A stretch of 23,264 bases of DNA from an uncultured bacterium (GTDB taxonomy: Bacteria; Lernaellota; Lernaellaia; Lernaellales; Lernaellaceae): NCBI GenBank assembly GCA_964534375.1, contig CAZHPN010000085.1, positions 1 through 23,264 of the forward strand, written 5' to 3'. Positions 15,170 to 23,264 of this stretch are shown piece by piece; position 1 is the stretch's first letter, and the number at the start of each line of letters is the position of its first letter. The notes below the pieces were generated by a model. That model worked only from the letters and a program-made list of their open reading frames with translations. It made no database searches and was not told the DNA's origin. The position numbers were made by a program, and so were the translations under genes.

Positions 15170-16330
15170 ATGAGCAAGGTCCGTTTGCCGAAGAAATTTG
15201 TCAGCCAGTACCCGCACAAATTTTCGCAGGGCAAAGAGCGGTTTCTCTGCGGCAAACGCATCTCGCCCAAGCCGATCACGGGCAAGGAGCCGCTCGACGA
15301 GCTGATCGACGGCACGTTCCTCGCCTACAACGCGGGGCGGCTCGGCGAGGCCTGCCGGTTGTTTTCGGAAAAGATGCTCGACTCCGACGTGACGATCGGG
15401 ATGAGCCTGGCGGGCGCGCTGACGCCGGCGGGGCTCGGCGCAAGCGTGGTCGTGCCGCTGATCCGGGCGGGGTTCATCGACTGGATCGTCTCGACCGGCG
15501 CGAACCTCTACCACGACCTGCACCACGCGCTGAACTTTCCGCTGCACCGCGGCTCGCCGTACGCTAACGACCGCGACTTGCGCAAGGTCGGCGTGGTGCG
15601 CATTTATGATATTCTGTTCGACTACAACTCGGTCCTGATGGCGACCGACAGCGTCCTGCGGCAGGTTCTCCGGCAGCCCGAATTTCAAAAGGAAATGGGC
15701 ACGGCCGAACTGCACCACCTGCTCGGCAAGTACTGCGCCGAATTCGAGAAGGAACTCAAGCTGCACGACGTCTCGATGCTCGCCGCGGCCTACCGCGCCG
15801 GCGTGCCCGTTTTCTGCCCCTCGCCGGGCGACTCGACGATCGGCATGAACATCGCCGGCCTCGAACTCGAAGGCAGCCAATTGCGGATCAACCCGTCGAT
15901 CGACGTCAACGACACCAGCGCCATCGTACTCGGCGCCAAGCAGGACCGGCGCAAGACCGGCGTCGTGCTGGTCGGCGGCGGCTCGCCGAAGAACTTCACC
16001 TTGCAGACCGAGCCGCAGATTCAGGAAGTCCTGCGCGTCAAGGAAATGGGCCACGATTACTTCCTGCAATGCACCGACGCCCGGCCGGACACCGGCGGCC
16101 TTTCCGGCGCGACCCCGCAAGAGCCCGTGAGCTGGGGCAAGGTCGATCCGGGCCAATTGCCCGACGCGATCGTCTGTTACCTCGACGTCACCGTCGCCGC
16201 GCCGCTGCTCACCCATTACGCGTTGGCGCGCCGCGCGCCGCGGCCGCTCAAGCGGCTCTACGACCGCCGGGGCGAACTGACGGCGAACGTCAAGCGCGAA
16301 TACCTCGCCCGCCACCGGAGCGCCGACTGA
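15170..16330 (+). CDS. Deoxyhypusine-synthase-like protein (probable homospermidine biosynthesis)
   Basis: [59 protein letters not shown] (active-site Lys retained). AGGA SD before ATG 15170. Confidence 0.92.
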   Translation: MSKVRLPKKFVSQYPHKFSQGKERFLCGKRISPKPITGKEPLDELIDGTFLAYNAGRLGEACRLFSEKMLDSDVTIGMSLAGALTPAGLGASVVVPLIRAGFIDWIVSTGANLYHDLHHALNFPLHRGSPYANDRDLRKVGVVRIYDILFDYNSVLMATDSVLRQVLRQPEFQKEMGTAELHHLLGKYCAEFEKELKLHDVSMLAAAYRAGVPVFCPSPGDSTIGMNIAGLELEGSQLRINPSIDVNDTSAIVLGAKQDRRKTGVVLVGGGSPKNFTLQTEPQIQEVLRVKEMGHDYFLQCTDARPDTGGLSGATPQEPVSWGKVDPGQLPDAIVCYLDVTVAAPLLTHYALARRAPRPLKRLYDRRGELTANVKREYLARHRSAD

Positions 16331-16361
16331 CGACTCCGCACGCCAGACAAAGGCTGAAAGC

Positions 16362-17501
16362 ATGATCTCCCTGAAACAATTGAAGACGCTCGCCGCCGAG
16401 CACGGCACCCCGCTGTTCGTGGTCGATCACGACGAGGTGCGCCGCAACTACGCCGCGTTCAAACGCAGCCTGCCGCGGGTGCAGGCCTACTACGCGATCA
16501 AGGCCAATCCCGACCCGGCGATCGTCAAGACGCTGTACGACGCCGGCGCGAGCTTCGACGTCGCCTCGTTCCCGGAATTCCGGATCGTCTACGAGAATAT
16601 CAAGAAACTCCCGGCCGCGGCGCGGCAGGCGTTCATTTGGGATAAACTGATCTACGCCAACCCGATCAAGGACGACGAGACGCTCGCGAAACTGGATCCC
16701 TACAAGCCGCTAGTGACCTACGACAACCTCGAAGAGATCAAAAAAATGCGCCGCTGCTCGCCGCACGCCGGGCTCGTGCTGCGCATCCAGGTGCCCAACA
16801 CCGGCTCCGTCGTCGAGCTGTCGTCGAAGTTCGGCGCGGCCCCGGGCGAAGCCGTCGACCTGATCGAGGCCGCGCGCGCCGCCGGCTTCGTCGTCGAAGG
16901 CCTGAGCTTTCACGTCGGCAGCCAGGCCACCAATTTCGACAACTACGTGCAGGCGCTCAACATCGCGGCGGATATTTTCCACGAGGCGCGGCTGCGCGGT
17001 CACGACAAGATGAACGTGCTGGACATCGGCGGCGGCTTCCCGGCGCCCTACGACGATCAGGTCAAACCCTTTCCGGCGCTGGCCAAGGTGTTGACGCAGG
17101 AAATCGACCGGCTGTTTCCGAAAGACATCGAGATCATCGCCGAGCCGGGCCGGTTCCTGGTCGCCACGGCCGCGACACTGGTCGTCAAGGTCACCGGCAA
17201 GGCCATGCGCGACCGCAAGCCGTGCTATTACGTCGACGACGGCGTCTACGGCACGTTTTCCGGCATTCTCTTCGACCACTGCCAATATCATCTCGAAGCG
17301 TTCAAGAGCGGACCGAAGGAAATCTGCTCGGTGTTCGGCCCGACCTGCGACGCGCTGGACACCATCTCGCGCGCCGAGGAATTGCCGGATCTCGAATTGG
17401 GCGATCTCCTCTATTCGCGGAACATCGGCGCCTACACCAACGCTTCGGCCACCGACTTTAACTGCATTCCGCGGGCGAAAGTATTGCATGTCCATCGTTG
17501 A
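16362..17501 (+). CDS. Ornithine/lysine decarboxylase, fold-type III (eukaryotic-ODC-like)
   Basis: YYAIKAN, FDVAS, SKFGA, SFHVGSQ, LDIGGGF, EPGRF, DGVYG.F, GPTCDALD, GAYT. Confidence 0.92.
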   Translation: MISLKQLKTLAAEHGTPLFVVDHDEVRRNYAAFKRSLPRVQAYYAIKANPDPAIVKTLYDAGASFDVASFPEFRIVYENIKKLPAAARQAFIWDKLIYANPIKDDETLAKLDPYKPLVTYDNLEEIKKMRRCSPHAGLVLRIQVPNTGSVVELSSKFGAAPGEAVDLIEAARAAGFVVEGLSFHVGSQATNFDNYVQALNIAADIFHEARLRGHDKMNVLDIGGGFPAPYDDQVKPFPALAKVLTQEIDRLFPKDIEIIAEPGRFLVATAATLVVKVTGKAMRDRKPCYYVDDGVYGTFSGILFDHCQYHLEAFKSGPKEICSVFGPTCDALDTISRAEELPDLELGDLLYSRNIGAYTNASATDFNCIPRAKVLHVHR

Positions 17502-17525
17502 GCGTTCGCCCAAGGCCGCCCGCCG

Positions 17526-18020
17526 GTGAACGACGCGCGCCGGCCCGATATCTACATTGACGCCGACGGCTGTCCCGTTAAAGAAGAGATCTATCGCGCG
17601 ACGCGCAAATACGGCCTGACCGTGTTCGTCGTGTGCAATTCGCCGATGGGCACCCCGCCCGAATCGCGCATCCGGCTGGTCGTCGTCGAACGCGGGCCGG
17701 ACGTCGCCGACGATTGGATCGCCGCGCACGCCGGCGCCGGCGACATCGTCGTGACGACCGACATTCCGCTTGCCGATCGCTGCCTGAAAAACGGCGCCCG
17801 GGCGCTCGACGCCCGCGGCCGCGAATTCACCGAAGACTCGATCGGCTCGGCGATGGCCTCCCGGGAATTGATGCAGCACCTGCGCTTGATCGGCGCCGCC
17901 TCGGGCGGCCCGCCGCCGGTGGAAAAGAAAGATCGCTCGAAATTTCTCGCCAAGCTGCACGAGGTCATTCAGGCGGTGCTGCGCGCTTCGGGTCAGGGGG
18001 AGCGCAAACCGGAATGTTGA
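17526..18020 (+). CDS. yaiI: YaiI/YqxD (UPF0178) family protein
   Basis: IYIDADGCPVK, DVADDWI, GDIVVTTDIPLA..CL, GGPPP. Confidence 0.92.
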   Translation: MNDARRPDIYIDADGCPVKEEIYRATRKYGLTVFVVCNSPMGTPPESRIRLVVVERGPDVADDWIAAHAGAGDIVVTTDIPLADRCLKNGARALDARGREFTEDSIGSAMASRELMQHLRLIGAASGGPPPVEKKDRSKFLAKLHEVIQAVLRASGQGERKPEC

Positions 18021-18093
18021 ATGCTGAATGGCGAACGGCGAATTTCGGGCGGCGTCGGCATTTCTCCGTTCGCCATTCGCCATTCTCCATTGT
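18012..18093. repeat. Inverted heptamer tandem arrays between convergent genes (possible terminator or stability hairpin)
   Basis: GAATGTT GAATGCT GAATGGC GAACGGC facing CCGTTCG CCATTCG CCATTCT CCATTGT; includes a perfect 13-bp IR at 18026-18038 / 18066-18078. Confidence 0.75.
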
Positions 18094-18292
18094 GCGGGGG
18101 ACGGGTTCGTAATAATCGATCATTTCGAGAAAATCGACAGTCTCTGAATCGCTGGGCTGCTTACCCGCGCCCAATCCCCGGGCTTCGCGCCGATCGCGCA
18201 TGCCGATCGGGAAACACCCGTCCATCTGCGCGATCTTGTCGAACAGGCGGGTGGCGACACCCGCGCTCCCGGGCCCGGCTGCCGCGCGCCAT

Positions 18293-21200
18293 TTATTGCG
18301 GCTGCAGCGCCTCTTCGGCGCGGGCGAGCCGCTGGCCGTCGTTCGGATAGGCCGCCTTGACCTGCTGATAAATCGTCGTCGCCTTGTCGGTTTTGCCGAG
18401 CTGGCGATAGGTCTCGATCAGCAGGATGTCGCCGTCGTAGACCTTGTTCGGGTCGTTGAACGAGCCAATCTCGCGTTCCAACAATGCGACGGCGGCGTCG
18501 CCGCGCTTCGTTTTGCACATCAGCCGCGCCTGGCGAATGATGATATCCGCCCGGTCGCTGCCGGGCCGCGACCAGATCGTCAGCATTTTGGCGTACAGCT
18601 TCTCTTCGTCGGCGAACCGCGACTGCTCGTCGAGCATGTCGCTCCAGAAGACGCCGGCGTTGAACGCCTGCCACGGTCCGCGCGGCTCGTCGAGCAACCC
18701 GCGGTACAACTCCTCGGCCTTCGCTTTCTCTTCCGTGCGGCGATAGGTGTTGGCCAACTCCAGCCGCGCCGACATGCCGACGTCCGTATGGCCGTTCAGC
18801 GACGCCGCGTCCTTGAGCAGCGGCAACGCCTTGTCGGGCAGGCCCTTGGCGACGTAGGCGCGGCCGACGATGAGTTTGAAAGCCGCCGTGCGTTCGGCGT
18901 CCGCGGCGAATTCCTTCACGGCGGTCGCGTAGAGTTCTTCCAGAGCCGGCAGATTGCCCTGCTCGCGATCGAGATCGAGCAGCATGCGATAGCCCTCGAA
19001 ACGCCGGCCGCGGTCGGCGAATTTCGGCAGTTCGCGCGCCAGGAGCGCGGCGGCGAGGTCGGTCTTTTTTTGCCGTTGCAGCAGCGCGATCTGGCGCAGC
19101 ACGATGTCGGCGCGTTCGTCGTCCTTGGCCGCGTGCTCTTTCGCGAGTTCGGCGAGCAACGCTTCGGCTTCGGCGAATTTCTGCTGGTCGCCGAGCAGAT
19201 CGGCAAGGGACAAGCCGGCGGCGAGCGTTTCCCAGGTGTCCTTTTTCGCGGCCATCACCTCGCGAAACATTTTTTCGGCGGCGGCGCGATCGCCTTCGCG
19301 GCGCATTTCGTTGGCCAGGTTCAGCTTGGCCTCCAGGACGACGGGGGCGTTCGGATAATGGGCGATCAGTTCGCGGTAGACGGCGGCGGCGCGGTCGCCC
19401 TGGCCCTGATCGACGTGCATCTGCGCGAGCGACATTTTCGCCGCCACGAGCCGTTCGTCGTCAGCGCCGATCGTCTTGGCCAGTTGGCCGAACGCCTCTT
19501 CCGCCGCCTTCGGTTCGCCCTTGCCGGCGTACAACTCCATGAGCAGGGCGTTGGCGTCGGTCAACCGCTTGGTGTCGAGGAATTTTGGCATCTCGGCGCG
19601 CAGCAGGGCGATGGCGTCGTCGACGCGGTTTTCCTTTTGATACAGGCGCGAGCGTTGGATCACGATGTCGGACCGCTCTTCCCGCCGGTTGCCCCAGCGC
19701 TTGATCATGGCGTCGAGTTGCTTGTCGGCCTCGGCCGTTTTGCCTTCGGTGGCCAGGATATCGGCGACGGTCGCCGCGGCGGCGAACACCTGCCAGGAAT
19801 CCTTGGTGCTCTCGGACAACTCGCGGAAAATTTTCTCGGCCTTCGGCAGATCGCCGGCGCGCCGGAGCATGCCGCCGAGGTCGGCCTTGGCCTGCAGCGC
19901 CGCTTCGGAATCGGGGTACTGGGCGATGACTTCGCGGAAGGTCGCCCCGGCCTTGTCGTTCTGGCCCAGCCGATCGTAGGCCTTGCCGAGGACGACCTTG
20001 GCCTGCGCGAGCCGCGCGGGGGCCGCGCCAGCGGACTTCAATGTCGCCTTGACCGTCTCCTCCGCCGCCTTCATGTCGCCGGCGGCCGCGTAGAGTTCGA
20101 TGAGCAGGAACTGGGCGTCGACGGCCTTGGCGGGGTCGGTCAACGTCGGCAGTTCCTTTTTCATCAGGGCGACGCCCTCGGCCGGTTTGCCGACGCGCTC
20201 CAACAAAGCCGCCTGATGAAAGACGATCTCGGCGCGTTCATCCGGCTTGGATTCCCACTTCTTGCGCATGCCGGCCAGGATCTGCTGCGCTTCGTCATAC
20301 GCCTGCCGGTCGATGAGAATATCGGTCAGCGACATCCCCGCCTGGAACGGCTGCCAACCGTCGATCGAGCCCTCGAGCAGTTCACGATAGAGTTTTTCGG
20401 CTTTGCCCTGATTGCCCGTCTGCCGATATTGGTCGGCCAGGTTCAACTTGGCCTGGCTCTCGGCGTCGGCGTTGTGCGATTGCGCCAGTATCTCGCGGTA
20501 CAACGTTTCCGCTTTGTCGTTCAAACCCTTGGTCGAATAGAACTGCGCCATTTCCACTTTCGTGCGCGACATTTTCTCGGCGTCCTGACCGAAATGTTCC
20601 TGGATGCGGCGGTAGCATTCTTCGGCCGCCGGGAGGTTGTCGGTGATCCGGTAGAGATGCAGGAACTGGAAATCCGCGTCGTATTTCTTGTTCGGATCCT
20701 TCAATTGCGGCGCGAGTTCCTGCAGACGGGCGATCGCCTCCTGGTTTTTCCCTTCTTCCTGCAGCAGGCGGGCCCGGCGCAGCAGCACGTCGGCGCGATC
20801 GACGTCCGGCTCGCGCCAGCGGGCTTCCATGTCGTCGAGCTGCTTTTCGGCGTCGGCGAATTTCTTTTGCTCCGAGTAGGATTCGACGAGCGTCAGACCG
20901 GCGGCCAGCGTCTGCCAACCGGCGCCTTTGCCCTCGTACAACTCGCGGTAGATCTGCTCGGCCTTGTCGCGCGACCCGGCGCGGCGCAACGCCGACGCCA
21001 GATCGAGCTTCGCCGTCGCCACCTGGTCCGGATTCGGCGAGTGCGCGATGACCTCGCGGTACAGCGCTAGCGCCTTGTCGCCGAAGCCTTTGCCCGCGTA
21101 CATCCGCCCCATCGCCGTTTTGGCGCCGGCGACGCGCTCGGGATCGGCGGCGTATTTCTTCAACACGTCGTTGTAAATGGCTTCGGCGGGCGGGAGGTTG

Positions 21201-23104
21201 CCCGCGGCGGCGTAGAGCGACAGCAGCGACATGCTGCCTTCGTAATATTTGTTGCGGTCTTTGAATCCGGGGAGCGCGCCGGCGAGCATGGCCAGGGCCT
21301 TGTCGGGTTTGCCCATGGCTTCGAGCAGGCGGGCCTGCCGCATCACGAGTTCGTCGCGCATTTCCTCGGTGGTCGCGCGCCGGGTCATGTCGGCGATCAG
21401 GTCTTCGGTTTCGCGGAAGCGCCCTTGCCCCTGGTACAGTTCGACAAGCTTGATGCCGGCCGGCCCGGAAATGGTCAGGTCTTTCGTCCCGGTGTAGACC
21501 GACTTGTACCGCTGCTCCGCTTTGTCGAGGTCGCCGCGTTTGCGCAACGCGTTGGCGATGGCCATTTCGGCGTCGACGCGCATCCAGAGGCTGGTGGCGC
21601 CGGCGTCGTAGTCCTTGAGCCGCGCCAGCGTCTTTTCGGCGTCGTCGATGCGTTCCAGGGCGCACTGCACGGCGATCGCCTCGGCGAGCGCGCGATTGCC
21701 GATGCTCAATTCCGACTGGAATTTGTCGAAGACGGCCAGGTACTTGGCGAGCGCCTCTTCGTTGCGGCCTTCTTTTTTCAGCAGTTCCGCGAGGCCAAAA
21801 TCGGCGCTGGCCTCGGCATCCGGATTGTCGACCTCCGTTTTGCGGATCTTTTCGTAGAGCGCGCGGGCTTTGTCGGGTTCCCCCATTTCGGCGTAGAGCT
21901 TGGCCATGGCTTCGATGGCGAACACGGCCTCAGGGTTGCCCTCGTAGGTCGTGGCGATCGCCTCAAACTGCGCGAGCGCCTTTTCGTATTGCCGGCGCTG
22001 GGCGTACACGCCGGCGATGGCCAGCTTGGCGGCGGCGACGCGGTTGGGGTCCGCGGCGTACTTTTGCACGATCACCTGATAGAGCTTGATGCCGGCGTCG
22101 TATTCGCCGAGTTTGACCGTTTTTTCCGCCTGCTTCTGCAGCACGTCGTACGACCAGTGTTGCGGACCGGCGAAAAAACGGTATGTGAAAAAAGAGATCG
22201 CGGCGATGGCGACCAGCACGACGGCCTGCGCGACATGGCTGCTGCGCAAGAGCCGCAGGAACCGGCGGATCAGGAACATGTCGACGAGCGCGCCCTGGCT
22301 CTTGTAGCCCCGCAGCAGTTCCTCCGACACGCCGGAGATGGACTTGAGCGAGGCTTTTTTCAGAACGGCGTCCTGAAAATTGATGTTCTCCTGGTCCGAG
22401 CCGTTGAAGACCGCGCCCGAGAGGTCAGCCCCGGTGAAATTGACGTTTTCGAGCACGCCGCTGAAAAATTGCGCGTTGACGAGGCCCGCGCGGGAGAAAT
22501 CGACGTCTTTGAGTTCGGCCAGCGAGAAATCCACGCCTTGCGCATTCAACCCCGCCGCTTGCACGCGCGCCAAACGGCATTCCTGGAAGACGCCGCCCCG
22601 CAGATCGGCGCCGGTCAGGTCGATGTCCAGCAAATCGGCGTCGGCGGCTTTGGTTCCGACGCACTTCGCCCGAATCAGTTTGGCCCCGGAAAGCCGCGCC
22701 CGATGAAATAGGGCTTTGGACACATCGGCGTCGGTCAAATCGGCGTCCTGAAACACCGCCTTCCCGAAGTCGGCCTGCAACGCCTTGACGCCGGCGAGCT
22801 TGGCGCCAGTGAAGTTGGCCTCTTTGGCCTTCGCCTGGTCGAGTTTCGCCCCGGTGAGATCGGCCCCGGTGAAGTTGGCTTCGCGCAAGTCGGCGTCGGA
22901 CAGATCGGCGCCCGAGAGGTCGGCGCCGGACAAATCGGCCTTGCGCAAATTGGCGCCGCCGGCCGCGATGTTGCGGAGTTTGGCGCCGCGCAGATCCGCC
23001 TTGGGCAGCTTGATGTTCGCGAGGTTGGCGCCGACGAGTCCGCCCGTCTTGGCCTTGGCGAACACCTCTTCCGGCGTTAACGAAATGCCCGATTTTTCGG
23101 CCAT
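18293..23104 (-). CDS. Large membrane-anchored protein: pentapeptide repeats, single TM helix, long TPR-like solenoid (1603 aa)
   Basis: A(D/N)LxG pentapeptide repeats in the first ~260 aa, hydrophobic VAQAVVLVAIAAISFFTYRFF, then TPR-like helices. GGAGG SD before ATG 23104; ATG 23173 lies inside the putative -10 box. Confidence 0.9.
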   Translation of the reverse strand: MAEKSGISLTPEEVFAKAKTGGLVGANLANIKLPKADLRGAKLRNIAAGGANLRKADLSGADLSGADLSDADLREANFTGADLTGAKLDQAKAKEANFTGAKLAGVKALQADFGKAVFQDADLTDADVSKALFHRARLSGAKLIRAKCVGTKAADADLLDIDLTGADLRGGVFQECRLARVQAAGLNAQGVDFSLAELKDVDFSRAGLVNAQFFSGVLENVNFTGADLSGAVFNGSDQENINFQDAVLKKASLKSISGVSEELLRGYKSQGALVDMFLIRRFLRLLRSSHVAQAVVLVAIAAISFFTYRFFAGPQHWSYDVLQKQAEKTVKLGEYDAGIKLYQVIVQKYAADPNRVAAAKLAIAGVYAQRRQYEKALAQFEAIATTYEGNPEAVFAIEAMAKLYAEMGEPDKARALYEKIRKTEVDNPDAEASADFGLAELLKKEGRNEEALAKYLAVFDKFQSELSIGNRALAEAIAVQCALERIDDAEKTLARLKDYDAGATSLWMRVDAEMAIANALRKRGDLDKAEQRYKSVYTGTKDLTISGPAGIKLVELYQGQGRFRETEDLIADMTRRATTEEMRDELVMRQARLLEAMGKPDKALAMLAGALPGFKDRNKYYEGSMSLLSLYAAAGNLPPAEAIYNDVLKKYAADPERVAGAKTAMGRMYAGKGFGDKALALYREVIAHSPNPDQVATAKLDLASALRRAGSRDKAEQIYRELYEGKGAGWQTLAAGLTLVESYSEQKKFADAEKQLDDMEARWREPDVDRADVLLRRARLLQEEGKNQEAIARLQELAPQLKDPNKKYDADFQFLHLYRITDNLPAAEECYRRIQEHFGQDAEKMSRTKVEMAQFYSTKGLNDKAETLYREILAQSHNADAESQAKLNLADQYRQTGNQGKAEKLYRELLEGSIDGWQPFQAGMSLTDILIDRQAYDEAQQILAGMRKKWESKPDERAEIVFHQAALLERVGKPAEGVALMKKELPTLTDPAKAVDAQFLLIELYAAAGDMKAAEETVKATLKSAGAAPARLAQAKVVLGKAYDRLGQNDKAGATFREVIAQYPDSEAALQAKADLGGMLRRAGDLPKAEKIFRELSESTKDSWQVFAAAATVADILATEGKTAEADKQLDAMIKRWGNRREERSDIVIQRSRLYQKENRVDDAIALLRAEMPKFLDTKRLTDANALLMELYAGKGEPKAAEEAFGQLAKTIGADDERLVAAKMSLAQMHVDQGQGDRAAAVYRELIAHYPNAPVVLEAKLNLANEMRREGDRAAAEKMFREVMAAKKDTWETLAAGLSLADLLGDQQKFAEAEALLAELAKEHAAKDDERADIVLRQIALLQRQKKTDLAAALLARELPKFADRGRRFEGYRMLLDLDREQGNLPALEELYATAVKEFAADAERTAAFKLIVGRAYVAKGLPDKALPLLKDAASLNGHTDVGMSARLELANTYRRTEEKAKAEELYRGLLDEPRGPWQAFNAGVFWSDMLDEQSRFADEEKLYAKMLTIWSRPGSDRADIIIRQARLMCKTKRGDAAVALLEREIGSFNDPNKVYDGDILLIETYRQLGKTDKATTIYQQVKAAYPNDGQRLARAEEALQPQ

Positions 23105-23171
23105 GTTGCCTCCGCTTCCCAGTTGCGCCTCTCGTCGAAAAAGAAGGCGGGAATCTAGTGCACCGCTGGTC

Positions 23172-23201
23172 ATTATTATGCGGCCCGTTTCCCGCCGTCA
23201 A
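23172..23201 (-). promoter_or_regulatory. Putative sigma70 promoter of the pentapeptide/TPR gene
   Basis: Minus strand TTGACG (23201-23196) followed by CATAATAAT, giving AATAAT at 18-nt spacing. Confidence 0.5.
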
Positions 23202-23264
23202 TAACAGCCGCAGGGCAACGGCAAAGTCGATTTAGGATCTCCGAGCAACGCGAAAGCGTGGCCG

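Noticed and set aside
18200..21070. 956-aa plus-strand ORF, and similar long ORFs such as 7261-8937, 10795-12279, 12246-13655 and 14966-16408
   Set aside because: Antisense shadows of well-supported genes in high-GC DNA, with no recognisable motifs.

Overview
High-GC bacterial window, probably from a diderm (lipoproteins, a predicted outer-membrane barrel, myxobacteria-like Cys-rich and Asp-rich proteins). From left to right: (1) the probable left end of an IS630-family element running off the window; (2) two small orphan ORFs bracketed by a 62-bp diverged direct repeat; (3) an AlkZ-type (HTH_42) DNA glycosylase; (4) a lower-GC two-gene defence island encoding an HNH-APAZ effector and a catalytically inactive short prokaryotic Argonaute, with its own sigma70-like promoter and related palindromic REP-like elements on both sides; (5) a tightly coupled seven-gene minus-strand operon of unknown function: PqqD/RRE protein, ATP-grasp enzyme, atypical group IV PLP decarboxylase, urea-transporter/M23-peptidase fusion, TPR/beta-barrel protein, secreted TPR protein and a 32-Cys tandem-repeat lipoprotein; (6) a pectinacetylesterase-family lipoprotein; (7) a polyamine module (deoxyhypusine-synthase-like protein, ornithine decarboxylase) followed by yaiI; (8) a ~1600-aa pentapeptide-repeat/TM/TPR protein with an exact 187-aa super-repeat. 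The best candidates for new biology are the seven-gene RRE operon, whose decarboxylase N-terminus carries a lasso-leader-like YxxPx(I/L) motif, and the REP-flanked HNH-APAZ/short-pAgo cassette. All family calls come from recognising motifs by eye; no searches were run. No rRNA, tRNA or CRISPR array was seen.
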